A stretch of DNA of 64,000 bases, from NCBI GenBank assembly GCA_964016885.1, contig OZ024744.1, positions 124,372,001 to 124,436,000 of the forward strand, written 5' to 3'. The position numbers and the translations under genes are program-made. The notes beneath the pieces are model-generated. The model saw only the letters and a list, made by a program, of their open reading frames with translations. It did no database searches and had not been told where the DNA came from. The stretch comes from Eledone cirrhosa. Its lineage: Eukaryota. Below, in pieces: positions 10,503 through 24,300 of the stretch. Position 1 is the stretch's first letter. Every line of letters begins with the position of its first letter.

Positions 10503-10577
10503 GTTCCCACATGGGTTAAACAAGCCGTTCATTGTGAGACAAGCCAGATCAGATGACCATATCTTGCTCATACAGCA
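10503..10577 (-). mobile_element. Small fragment of the RTE-3'UTR-related element
   Basis: ATGGGTTAAACAAG...GTGAGACAAGCCAGATCAGATGACCATATCTTGCTCATACAG aligns by eye with 11644-11707. Confidence 0.65.
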
Positions 10578-10631
10578 CTATGAAATTCCTTCAGTTGATT
10601 TTGTTCTAAGTTTTGTATTTTAATATTTCAG

Positions 10632-10716
10632 GTGGCCACATCCAGCATATGGCGTTCTGTAAAGGTACCGACATATTGGCATCAGCTTCGGACAATGGTT
10701 CAATCCAAGTTTTTAA
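10632..10716 (+). CDS. PIK3R4: PIK3R4/VPS15 internal exon D (WD40 repeat)
   Basis: tttcAG acceptor (10631) and a consensus AA|gtaagt donor (10717). Encodes (G)GHIQHMAFCKGTDILASASDNGSIQVF, against human [28 protein letters not shown] (recalled). 85 nt, with a phase-1 start matching exon C. Confidence 0.92.
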
Positions 10717-10799
10717 GTAAGTTCAGAAAATTATATTGGAGGATTTTATGTGAATGTGTCTGGACTGACCTCATCTGTTTTTGTGTCATCATTGGGGAA

Positions 10800-11192
10800 G
10801 TACCGACACAAATACAGTGTTGGCACTATCTCAGGATGGGTTTAGCTAGCTTCAGCCACTTCATTGGAAACAGACACCAGCCATGCATGGTGATGACAGA
10901 GATCCGACACAGGAGTTGTCAGTCAGTCACTTAATTTTAACAGTGAACAATAGATATGTTGAGCACAGCAGGTACAGGCTGGAAGAGGACCCGTGACAGT
11001 TCCCTCACCAGATGGTTGCATATCTTCAAGGAAGATCTCCAGAGACTCGATGTCACGAGGATGCAGAGGGGGTGGCACAATACCACCAACAATGGAGAGC
11101 ACTGAGGAACCTGGTTGGCTCTATGGATGATGATGCCTCTGGGATCACTGACTGAGGATGACCCTTGTCTCATTGAGCAAGAACAAGAAGAT
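10800..11192 (+). mobile_element. Degenerate 3' end of a second RTE-like LINE family
   Basis: Remnant GWKRTRDSSLTRWLHIFKEDLQRL...QQWRALRNLVG resembles the RTE C-terminal W.RP.GRP..RW....DL...WR motif, followed by a CAAGAA-type tail. Heavily decayed. Confidence 0.45.
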
Positions 11193-11284
11193 AATAAATA
11201 TGTGAGGACCAGACATCAATATCCAATTTGATCATACCATAATCCACATTTTTAACAGCCCATCATTGCTGTTTAGGCAAGGTG

Positions 11285-11610
11285 GATCAATGAGATCAAA
11301 AATGGTAAAACTGTTGGATTGTCAGAGATAGTTGGTGAAATGTTGAAATGATTTGGGAGAGTTAAAGTAGTCACTGAAGTAATCCATCAATGGGTGACAT
11401 TACTGACAAACCGAGGATTCTGTCCAGGTCTTGTTATTGAAGTTGTCTGCCCACACAAGAATGGTATTTCTGTTCTCTCGTTAGCCACGATTCTTGTGAT
11501 AACCAAGATGGATAATTCCCTCTCAACTATTTTGTCCATCCACTTCTTGGCTAGTAAAACACCTACTCCACTTACCCCAACATCATTTTTTATTAAGAAG
11601 CGCTTGTATC
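11285..11610. mobile_element. Degenerate RTE scraps (RT start on +, endonuclease fragment on -)
   Basis: The + strand remnant IKNGKTVGLSEIVGEMLK resembles MKMGKATGPSGIAAEMLK at 5100. The - strand GVSGVGVLLAKKWMDKIV resembles the APE endonuclease GVG motif. Confidence 0.5.
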
Positions 11611-11614
11611 TTAA

Positions 11615-11800
11615 CCATTTAATGTCCATTTTCCAAGTTAGTATGGGTTAGACAAGTTGTCCCATGTGAGACAAGCCAGGTCAGGTGACTATGTTCTGCT
11701 CATACAGAACTGTTTCTGGCTTGGTTTCTACAGTTGCATGCCCTTCCTAACACTAACCATTTTACAGTGTGTACTGGGTACTTTTTTTTGTGACACCTAC
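11615..11800 (-). mobile_element. Antisense copy of the RTE 3'-UTR element that runs directly into the satellite (seed element)
   Basis: TGGGTTAGAC...TGGCTTGGTTTCTACAGTTGCATGCCCTTCCTAACACTAACCATTTTACAGTGTGTACTGGGT is collinear with the reverse complement of 6760-6950 and 7050-7240. Confidence 0.9.
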
Positions 11801-14800
11801 ATGACCACTTTACTATGTGTACTGGATACATTTTGTTGTGCCACCTACATGACTGCTTTGCAGTGTGGACTGGGTACTTTTTGTTGTGACACCTACATGA
11901 CTGCTTTGCAGTGTGGACTGGGTACTTTTTGTTGTGACACCTACATGACTACTTTACAGTGTGTACTGGGTACTTATTGTTGTGACACCTACATGACCAC
12001 TTTACAGTGTGTACTGGGTACTTATTGTTGTGACACCTACATGAGTATTTTGCAGTGTGGACTGGGTACTTTTTGTCATGACACCTACATGACCACACAG
12101 TGTAGACTGGGTACTTTTTGTCATAACACCTACATGACCACTTTACTGTATGTACTGGGTACTTGTTGTGCCACCTACATGACTACTTTACAGTGTATAC
12201 TGGGTACTATTTGTCGTGACACATACATGACCACTTTACAGTGTGTACTGGGTACTTGTTGTTGGGCCACCTACATGACTACTTTACAGTGGGTATTGGG
12301 TACTTTTTGTTGGGACATCTACATGACCACTTTACAGTGTGGAATGGGTACTTTCTGTTGTGACACCTACATGACCACTTTCCAGTGTTTACTGGGTATT
12401 TTTTGTCATGACGCCTTCATGACCACTTTACAGTATGTACTGGGTACTTTTTGTTGTGACACCTACATGACCACTTTACAGTGTGTACTGGATACTTTTT
12501 GTCATGACACCTACATGACCATTTTACAGTGTGTACTGGGTACTTTTGGTTGTGACATCTACATGACCACTTTCCAGTGTTTACTGGGTATATTTTGTTA
12601 TGACACCTACATGACCACTTTACAGTGTGTACTAGGTACTTTTTGTCATGATACCTACGTTGCCACTTTACAGTGTGTACTGGGTACTTTTTGTTGTGAC
12701 ACCTACATGACCAATTTACTATGTGGAACGGGTACTTTTTGTTGTGACACCTACATGAACACTTTCCAGTGTTTACTGGGTACTTTTTGTCATGACACCT
12801 ACATGACCACTTTACAGTGTGTACTAGGTACTTTTTGTTGTGACACCTACATGACCAATTTACAATGTGTACTGGGTACTTTTTATTGTGACACCTACAT
12901 GACTACATTACGGTGTGTACTGGGTAATTTTTGTTGTGACACCTACATGACCACTTTACAGTATGTACTGGGTACTTTTTGTTGTGACACCTCCATGACC
13001 ACTTTATAGTGTGGAATGGGTACTTTTTGTTGTGACACCTACATGACCACTTTCCAGTGTTTACTGGGTACTTTTTGTCATGACACCTACATGACTACTT
13101 TACAGTGTGTACTGGGTACTTTTTATTGTGACACCTACATGAATACTTTACAGTGTGTACTGGGTACTTTTTGATGTGACACCTACATGACCACTTTCCA
13201 GTGTTTACTGGGTACTTTTTGTCATGACACCTACATGACCAGTTTACAGTGTTTACTGGGTATTTTTTGTCATGACACCTACATGACCACTTTACAGTGT
13301 GTACTGGGTACTTTTTGTCATGTTACCTACATGACCACTTTACAGTGTGTACAGGGTACTTTTTGTTGTGACACCTACATGACTACTTTACAGTGTGTAC
13401 TGGGTACTTTTTGTCATGACACCTACATGACCAATTTACAATGTGTACTGGGTACTTTTTGTTGTGACACCTTCATGACCACTTTACAGTGTGTACTGGG
13501 TACTTTTGTTGTGACACCTCCATGACCACTTTATAGTGTGGAATGGGTACTTTTTGTTGTGAGACCTACATGACCACTTTCCAGTGTTTACTGGCTGTTT
13601 TTTGTCATGACACATACATGACCACTTTACAATGTGTACTGGGTACTTTTTGTTGTGACACCTACATGACCACTTTACAGTGTGTACTGGGTACTTTTTG
13701 CGGTGACACCTACATGTCTACTTTACAGTGTGGACTGAGTACTTTTTGTTGTGACACCTGCATGTCTACTTTACAGTGTGGACTGAGTACGTTTTGTTGT
13801 AAAACCAACATGACCACTTTACAGTGTAAAATGGGTACTTTTTGTCATGACACCTTCATAACCACTTTACAGTATGTACTGAGTTATTTTTGTTGAGACA
13901 CCTACATGACTACTTTACAGTGTGTACTGGGTACTTTTTGTCATGACACCTTCATAACTACTTTACAGTATGTACTGGGTACTTGTTGTGCCACCTACAT
14001 GACTACTTTACAGTGTATACTGGGTACTATTTGTCGTGACACATACATGACCACTTTACAGTGTGTACTGGGTACTTGTTGTTGTGCCACCTACATGACC
14101 ACTTTACAGTGTGGACTGGGTACTTTTTGATGTGACACCTACATGACTACTTTACAGTGTGGACTTGGTACTTTTTGTCATGACACCTACATGACCACAC
14201 AGTGTAGACTGGGTACTTTTTGTCATAATACCTACATGACCACTTTACAGTATCTACTGGGAATTGTTGTGCCACCTACATGACTACTTTACAGTGTGTA
14301 CTGGGTACTATTTGACATGACACCTACATGACCAATTTACAATGTGTACTGGGTACTTTTTGTTGTGACACCTATATGACAACATTACAGTGTGTACTGG
14401 GTACTTTTTGTTGTGACACCTACATGACCACTTTACAGTGTGGACTGGATACCTTATGTCGTGACACCTACATGACCACTTTACAGTGTGTACTGGGTAC
14501 TTTTTGTCATAACCCCTACATAAATACTTTGCAGTGTGGACTGAGTACTTTATGCTGTGACACCTACATGAGCACTTTACTGTGGGTATTGGGTACTTTT
14601 TGTTGTGACATCTACATGACCCCTTTACAGTGTGGAATGGGTACTTTTTGTTGTGACACTTTCCATGACCACTTTCCAGTGTTTACTGGGTATTTTTTGT
14701 CATGACTCTTTCAGGACCACTTTACAGTATGTACTGGGTACTTTTTATTGTGACACCTACATGACCATTTTACAGTGTGTACTGGGTACTTTTTGTTGTG

Positions 14801-17800
14801 ACATCTACATGAACACTTTCCAGTGTTTACTGGGTACTTTTTGTCATGACACCTACATGACCACTTTACAGTATGTACTAGGTACTTTTTGTTATGACAC
14901 CTACATGACTACTTTACAGTGTGTACTGGGTACTTTTTGTTGTGACACCTACATGACCAATTTACAATGTGTACTGGGTACTTTTTATTCTGAAACCTAC
15001 ATGACTACATTACAGTGTGTACTGGGTAATTTTTGTTGTGACACCTACATGACCACTTTACAGTGTTTACTCGGTATTTTTTGTCATGACACCTACATGA
15101 CCACTTTACAGTGTGTACTGGGTACTTTTTGTTGTGACACCTCCATGACCACTTTATAGTGTGGAATGGGTACTTTTTGTTGTGACACCTACATGACCAC
15201 TTTCCAGTGTTTACTGGGTACTTTTTGTCATGACACCTACATGACTACTTTACAGTGTGTACTGGGTACTTTTTATTGTGACACCTACATGAATACTTTA
15301 CAGTGTGTACTGGGTACTTTTTGATGTGACACCTACATGACCACTTTCCAGTGTTTACTGGGTACTTTTTGTCATGACACCTACATGACCACTTTACAGT
15401 GTTTACTGGGTATTTTTTGTCATGACACCTACATGACCACTTTACAGTGTGTACTGGGTACTTTTTGTCATGTTACCTACATGACCACTTTACAGTGTGT
15501 ACAGGGTACTTTTTGTTGTGACACCTACGTGACTACTTTACAGTGTGTACTGGGTACTTTTTGTTGTGACACCTACATGACCAATTTACAATGTGTACTG
15601 GGTACTTTTTGTTGTGACACCTACATGACCACTTTACAGTTTCTACTGGGTACTTTTTGTTGTGACACCTACATGACTACTTTACAGTGTGTACTGGGTA
15701 CTTTTTGCGGTGACACCTACATGTCTACTTTACAGTATGGACTGGGTACTTTTTGTTGTAAAACCTACATGACCACTTTACAGTGTAAAATGGGTACTTT
15801 TTGTCATGACACCTTCATAACCACTTTACAGTATGTACTGAGTTATTTTTGTTGAGACACCTACATGACCACTTTGCAGTGTGTACTGGGTACTTTTTGT
15901 CATGACACCTTCATAACCACTTTACAGTATGTACTGGGTGCTTTTTGTTGTGACACCTACAAGACAACTTTCCCGTCTTTACTGGGTATTTTTTGTCATG
16001 ATACCTACATGACTACTTTACAGTGTGGACTGGGTACTTTGTCTTGTGACAACTACATGACTACTTTACAGTGTGGACTAGGTGCTTTGTCTTGTGACAC
16101 CTACATGACTACTTTGCAGTGTGGAATGGGTACTTTTTGTCATGACACCTACATGACCACACAGTGTAGACTGGGTACTTTTTAAATTGACACCTTCATG
16201 ACCACTTTACAGTATCTACTGGGAATTGTTGTGCCACCTACATGACTACTTTACAGTGTGTACTGGGTACTATTTGACATGACACCTACATGACCACTTT
16301 ACAGTGTGTACTGGGTGCTTGTTGTTGTGCCACCTACATGACCACTTTACAGTGTGGACTGGGTACTTTTTGTTGTGACACCTACATGACTACTTTACAG
16401 TGTGGACTTGGTACTTTTTGTCATGACACCTACATGACCACACAGTGTAGACTGGGTACTTTTTGTCATAATACCTACATGACCACTTTACAGTATCTAC
16501 TGGGAATTGTTGTGCCACCTACATGACTACTTTACAGTGTGTACTGGGTACTATTTGACATGACACCTACATGACCAATTTACAATGTGTACTGGGTACT
16601 TTTTGTTGTGACACCTATATGACAACATTACAGTGTGTACTGGGTACTTTTTGTTGTGACACCTACATGACCACTTTACAGTGTGGACTGGATACCTTAT
16701 GTCGTGACACCTACATGACCACTTTACAGTGTGTACTGGGTACTTTTTGTCATAACCCCTACATAAATACTTTGCAGTGTGGACTGAGTACTTTATGCTG
16801 TGACACCTACATGAGCACTTTACTGTGTGTACTGTTTACTTTTTGTTGTGACATATACATGTCTACTTTACAGTGTGGTCTGGGTACTTTTTGTTGTGAC
16901 ACCTACATGAACACTTTCCAGTGTTTAATGGGTACTTTCTGTCATGACACCTACATGACCACTTTACAGTATGTACTAGGTACTTTTTGTTATGACACCT
17001 ACATGACTACTTTACAGTGTGTACTGGGTACTTTTTGTTGTGACACCTACATGACCAATTTACAATGTGTACTGGGTACTTTTTATTGTGACACCTACAT
17101 GACTACATTACAGTGTGTACTGGGTAATTTTTGTTGTGACACCTACATGACCACTTTACAGTGTTTACTGGGTATTTTTTGTCATGACACCTACATGACC
17201 ACCTTACAGTATGTACTGGGTACTTTTTGTTGTGACACCTCCATGACCACTTTATAGTGTGGAATGGGTACTTTTTGTTGTGACACCTACATGACCACTT
17301 TCCAGTGTTTACTGAGTACTTTTTGTCATGACACCTACATGACTACTTTACAGTGTGTACTGGGTACTTTTTATTGTGACACCTACATGAATACTTTACA
17401 GTGTGTACTGGGTACTTTTTGATGTGACACCTACATGACCACTTTCCAGTGTTTACTGGGTACTTTTTGTCATGACACCTACATGACCACTTTACAGTGT
17501 TTACTGGGTACTTTTTGTTGTGACACCTACATGACTACTTTACAGTGTGTACTGGGTACTTTTTGTTGTGACACCTACATGACCAATTTACAATGTGTAC
17601 TGGGTACTTTTTGTTGTGACACCTACATGACCACTTTACAGTTTGTACTGGGTACTTTTTGTTGTGACACCTACATGACTACTTTACAGTGTGTACTGGG
17701 TACTTTTTGCGGTGACACCTACATGTCTACTTTACAGTGTGGACTGGGTACTTTTTGTTGTAAAACCTACATGACCACTTTACAGTGTAAAATGGGTACT

Positions 17801-18394
17801 TTTTGTCATGACACCTTCATAACCACTTTACAGTATGTACTGAGTTATTTTTGTTGAGACGCCTTCATGACCACTTTACAGTATCTACTGGGAATTGTTG
17901 TGCCACCTACATGACTACTTTACAGTGTGTACTGGGTACTATTTGACATGACACCTACATGACCACTTTACAGTGTGTACTGGGTGCTTGTTGTTGTGCC
18001 ACCGACATGACTACTTTACAGTATGGACTGGGTACTTTTTGTTGTGACACCTACATGACTACTTTACAGTGTAGACTGGGTACTTTTTGTCATAATACCT
18101 ACATGACCACCTTACAGTATCTACTGGGAATTGTTGTGCCACCTACATGACTACTTTACAGTGTGTACTGGGTACTATTTGACATGACACCTACATGACC
18201 ACTTTACAGTGTGTACTGGGTGCTTGTTGTTGTGCCACCTACATGACTACTTTACAGTATGGACTGGGTTCTTTTTGTTGGAAAACCTACATGACCACTT
18301 TACAGTGTAAAATGGGTACTTTTTGTCATGACACCTTCATAACCACTTTACAGTATGTACTGAGTTATTTTTGTTGAGACACCTTCATGACACC

Positions 18395-21300
18395 TTTACA
18401 GTATCTACTGGGAATTGTTGTGCCACCTACATGACTACTTTACAGTGTGTACTGGGTACTAATTGACATGACACCTATATGACTACTTTACAGTGTGTAC
18501 TGGGTGCTTGTTGTTGTGCCACCTACATGACCACTTTACAGTGTGGACTGGGTACTTTTTGTTGTGACACCTACATGACTACTTTACAGTGTAGACTGGG
18601 TACTTTTTGTCATAATACCTACATGACCACCTTACAGTATCTACTGGGAATTGTTGTGCCACCTACATGACTACTTTACAGTGTGTACTGGGTACTATTT
18701 GACATGACACCTACATGACCACTTTACAGTGTGTACTGGGTGCTTGTTGTTATGCCACCTACATGACTACTTTACAGTATGGACTGGGTTCTTTTTGTTG
18801 TAAAACCTACATGACCACTTTATAGTGTGGAATGGCTACTTTCTCTCATGACACCTTCATAACCACTTTACAGTATGTACTGAGTAATTTTTGTTGGACT
18901 CCTACATGACCAATTTACAATGTGTACTGGGTACTTTTTGTTGTGACACCTATATGACAACATTACAGTGTGTACTGGGTACTTTTTGTTGTGACACCTA
19001 CATGACCACTTTACAGTATGGACTGGATACCTTATGTCGTGACACCTACATGACCACTTTACAGTGTGTACTGGGTACTTTTTGTCATAACCCCTACATA
19101 AATACTTTGCAGTGTGGACTGAGTACTTTATGCTGTGACACCTACATGAGCACTTTACTGTGTGTACTGTTTACTTTTTGTTGTGACATCTACATGTCTA
19201 CTTTACAGTATTGTCTGGGTACTTTTTGTTGTAAAACCTTCATAACCACTTTACAGTATGTACTGAGTTATTTTTGTTGAGTCACCTACATGACTACATT
19301 ACAGTGTGTACTGGGTACTTTTTGTCATGACACCTTCATGACCACTTTACAATATGTACTGGGTACTTTTTGTCATGACACCTACGTGACCACTTTACAG
19401 TGTGTACTGGATACTTTTTGTCAGGAAACCTACATGACTACTTTATTGTGTGTACTGGGTACTTTTTATTGTGACACTTACATGACCACTTTACAGTGTG
19501 GACTGGGTACATTTTGTTGTGACACCTACATGACCACTTTGCAGTGTGTACTGGGTACTTTTTGTTGTTACACCTACATGACCACTTTACAGTGTGGACT
19601 GCGTACTTTTTGTTGTGACACCATCATGACCACTTTACAGTGTGTACTGGGTACTTTTTGTTGACACCTACATGACCACTTTACAGTGTGGACTGGGTAC
19701 TTTGTCTTGTGACACCTACAAGACTGCTTTGCAGTGTGGACTGGGTACTTTTTGTCATGACACCTACATGATCACTTTACAGTATGTACTGGGTACTTGT
19801 TTTGCCACCTACATGACTACTTTCAGTATGTACTGGGTACTATTTGTCATGAAACCTACATGACCTCTTTACAGTGTGTACTGAGTGCTTATTGTTGTGC
19901 CAACTACATGACCACTTTACAGTGTGGAATGGGTACTTTTTGTTGTGACACCTACATGACCACTTTACACTGTGTAATGGGTACTTTTTGTTGTGACAAC
20001 TACATGACCACTTTACAGTGTGGAATGGGTACTTTTTGTTGTGACACCTACATGACCACTTTCCAGTGTTTACTGGGTATTTGTTGTCATGACACCTACA
20101 TGACCACTTTACATTCTGTACTGGGTACTTTTTGATGTGACGCCTACATGACCACTTTACAGTGTGAACTGGGTACTCTTTGTTGTGACATCTACATGAC
20201 AACTTTACAGTGTGTACTGGGTACTGTTTGTTGTGACACCTACATGACTACATTACAGTGTGTACTGGGTTCTTTTTGTTATGACACCTACATGACGACT
20301 TTACAGTGTGTACTGGGTACTTTTTGCCGTGACACCTACATGACCACTTTACAGTGTGTACTGGGTGTTTGTTGTTGTGCCACCTACATGACTACTTTAC
20401 AGTGTGGAATAGGTACTTTTTATCATGACACCTTCATAACCACTTTACAGTATGTACTGAGTAATTTTTGTTGTGACACCTACATGACCACTTTACAGTG
20501 TGTACTGGGTACTTTTTGTCATGACACCTTCATGACCACTTTACAGTATGTACTGTGTACTTTTTGTTGTGACACCTACATGACTACTTTACAGTGTGGA
20601 CTGGGTAATTTTTGTTGTGGCACCTACATGACCACTTTACAGTATGTACTGGGTACTTTTTATTCAGACACCTACATGACCACTTTACAGTGTATACTCG
20701 GTGCTTTTTGTTGTGACACCTACATGACCACTTTCCAGTGTTTACTGGGTATTTTTTGTAATGACACCTACATGACCACTTTACAGTGTGTACTGGGTAT
20801 TTTTTGTTGTGACACCTACATGACCACTTTATAGTGTGGACTGGGTACATTTTGTTGTGACACCTACATGACCACTTTACAGTGTGTACTGGGTACTTTT
20901 TGATGTGACACCTACAAGACCACTTTCCAGTGTTTACTGGGTACTTTTTGTCATGACACCTACATGACCACTTTACAGTGTTTACTGGGTATTTTTTGTC
21001 ATGACACCTACATGACCACTTTACAGTGTGTACTGGGCACTTTTTGTCATGTTACCTACATGACCACTTTACAGTGTGTACAGGGTACTTTTTGTTGTGA
21101 CACCTACATGACTACTTTACAGTGTGTACTGGGTACTTTTTGTTGTGACACCTACATGACCAATTTACAATGTGTACTGGGTACTTTTTGTTGTGACACC
21201 TACATGACCACTTTACAGTTTGTACTGGGTACTTTTTGTTGTGACACCTACATGACTACTTTACAGTGTGTACTGAGTACTTTTTGCGGTGACACCTACA

Positions 21301-24300
21301 TGTCTACTTTACAGTGTGGACTGAGTACTTTTTGTTGTGACACCTGCATGTCTACTTTACAGTGTGGACTGGGTACTTTTTGTTGTAAAACTTACATGAC
21401 CACTTTACAGTGTAAAATGGGTACTTTTTGTCATGACACCTTCATAACCACTTTACAGTATGTACTGAGTTATTTTTGTTGAGACACCTTCATAACCACT
21501 TTACAGTATGTACTGGGTGCTTTTTGTTGTGACACCTACAAGACAACTTTGCCGTCTTTACTGGGTATTTTTTGTCATGATACCTACATGACTACTTTAC
21601 AGTGTGGACTGGGTACTTTGTCTTGTGACACCTACATGACTACTTTACAGTGTGGACTGGGTACTTTGTCTTGTGACACCTACATGACTACTTTCTAGTG
21701 TGGACTGGGTACTTTTTGTCATGACACCTACATGACCACACAGCGTAGACTGGGTACTTTTTGTCATGACACCTTCATGACCACATTACAGTATCTACTG
21801 GGAATTGTTGTGCCACCTACATGACTACTTTACAGTGTGTACTGGGTGCTTGTTGTTGTGCCACCTACATGACTACTTTACAGTATGAACTGGGTTCTTT
21901 TTATTGTAAAACCTACATGACCACTTTATAGTGTGGAATGGCTACTTTTTGTCATGACACCTTCATAACCACTTTACAGTATGTACTGAGTAATTTTTGT
22001 TGTGACTCCTACATGACCAATTTACAATGTGTACTGGGTACTTTTTGTTGTGACACCTATATGACAACATTACAGTGTGTACTGGGTACTTTTTGATGTG
22101 ACACCTACATGACCACTTTCCAGTGTTTACTGGGTACTTTTTGTCATGACACCTACATGACCGCTTTACAGTGTGGACTGGGTACTTTTTGTTGTGACAC
22201 CTACATGACCACTTTACTGTGTATACTGGGTACTTTTTGTTGTGACACCTACATGACTACTTTACAGTGTGGACTGGGTAATTTATGTCATGACACCTAC
22301 ATGACCACACATTGTAGACTGGGTACTTTTTGTCATAACACCTACATGACCACTTTACAGTATGTACTGGGTACTTGTTGTGCCACCTACATGACTGCTT
22401 TACAGTGTGTACTGGGTACTATTTGTCATGAGACTACATGACCACTTTACAGTGTGTACTGGGTGCTTGTTGTTGAGCCACCTACATGACTACTTTACAG
22501 TGTGGCATAGGTACTTTTTATCATGACACCTTCATAACCACTTTACAGTATGTACTGAGTAATTTTTGTTGTGACACCTACATGACCACTTTACAGTGTG
22601 GAATGGGTACTTTTTGTTGTGACATCTATATAACCACTTTACAGTGTGGAATGGGTACTTTTTGTTGTGACACCTACATGACCACTTTACAGTGTGTACT
22701 GGGGACTTTTTGTTGGGACACCTACATGACCACTTTACAGTGTGTACTGGGTACTTTTTTTTGTGACACCTACATGACCACTTTACAGTGTATACTCGGT
22801 ACTTTTTGTTGTGACACCTACATGACCACTTTCCAGTGTTTACTGGGTATTTTTTGTTGTGACACCTACATGACCACTTTACAGTGTGTACTGGGTACTT
22901 TTTGTTGTGACACCTACATTACCACTTTACCATGTGGACTGGGTACATTTTGTTGTGACACCTACATGACTACTTTACAGTGTGGACTGGGTAACTTATG
23001 TCATGACACCTACATGACCACACATTGTAGACTGGGTACTCTTTGTCATAACACCTACATGACCACTTTACAGTATGTACTGGGTACTTGTTGTGCCACC
23101 TACATGACTACTTTACAGTGTGTACTGGGTACTATGTGTCATGACACCTACATGACCACTTTACAGTGTGCAATGGGTACTTTTTCTCATGACACCTTCA
23201 TAACCACTTTACAGTATGTACTGAGTAATTTTTGTTGTGACACCTACATGACCATTTTACAGTGTCTACTGGGTACTTTTTGTCATGACACCTTCATGAC
23301 CACTTTACAGTATGTACTGGGTATTTTTTGTTGTGACACCTACATGACCACTTTACAGTGTGGACTGGGTAATTTTTGTTGTGATACCTACATGACCACT
23401 TTACAGTGTGTACTGGGTACTTTTTGTCGTGACACATACATGACCACTTTACAGTGTGTATTGGGTACTATTTGTCAGGACACTTACATGACCACTTTAC
23501 AGTGTGGACTGACTGGGTATTTTTTCTCATGACACCTTCATAACCACTTTACAGTATGTACTGAGTAAATTTTGTTGTGACACCTACATGACCAATTTAC
23601 AGTGTGGATGGGTATTTTTTCTCATGACACCTTCATAACCACTTTACAGTATGTACTGAGTAAATTTTGTTGTGAGACCTACATGACCACTTTACAGTGT
23701 GTACTGGGTACTTTTTGTTGTGACACCTACATGACCACTTTACAGTGTGTACTGGGTACTTTTTGTTGTGACACCTACATGACCACTTTACAGTGTGTAC
23801 TGGGTACTTTTTCTCATGACTCCTTCATAACCACTTTACAGTATGTACTGAGTAAATTTTGTTGTGACACCTACATGACCACTTTACAGTGTGTACTGGG
23901 TACTTTTTGTCATGACACCTTCATGACCACTTTACAGTATGTACTGGGTACTTTTTGTTGTGACACCTACATGACCACTTTACAGTGTGGACTGGGTACT
24001 TTTTGTTGTGACACCTACATGACCACTTTACAGTGTGGACTGGGTACATTATGTTGTGACACTTACATGACTACTTTACAGTGTGTACTGGGTACTATTT
24101 GTCATGACACCTACATGTCAACTTTACAGTGTGGAATGGGTACTTTTTCTCATGACACCTTCATAACCACTTTACCGTATGTACTGAGTAATTTTTGTTG
24201 TGACACCTACATGACTACTTTACAGTGTGTACTGGGTACTTTTTGTCATGACACCTTCATGACCACTTTACAGTATGTACTGAGTACTTTTTGTTGTGAC

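Noticed and set aside
10632-10934. ORF-track proteins overlapping exons (1577-1945, 4206-4448, 10632-10934) taken as standalone genes
   Set aside because: They are exon read-throughs into introns or the wrong frame. The spliced PIK3R4 frame explains the conserved parts.
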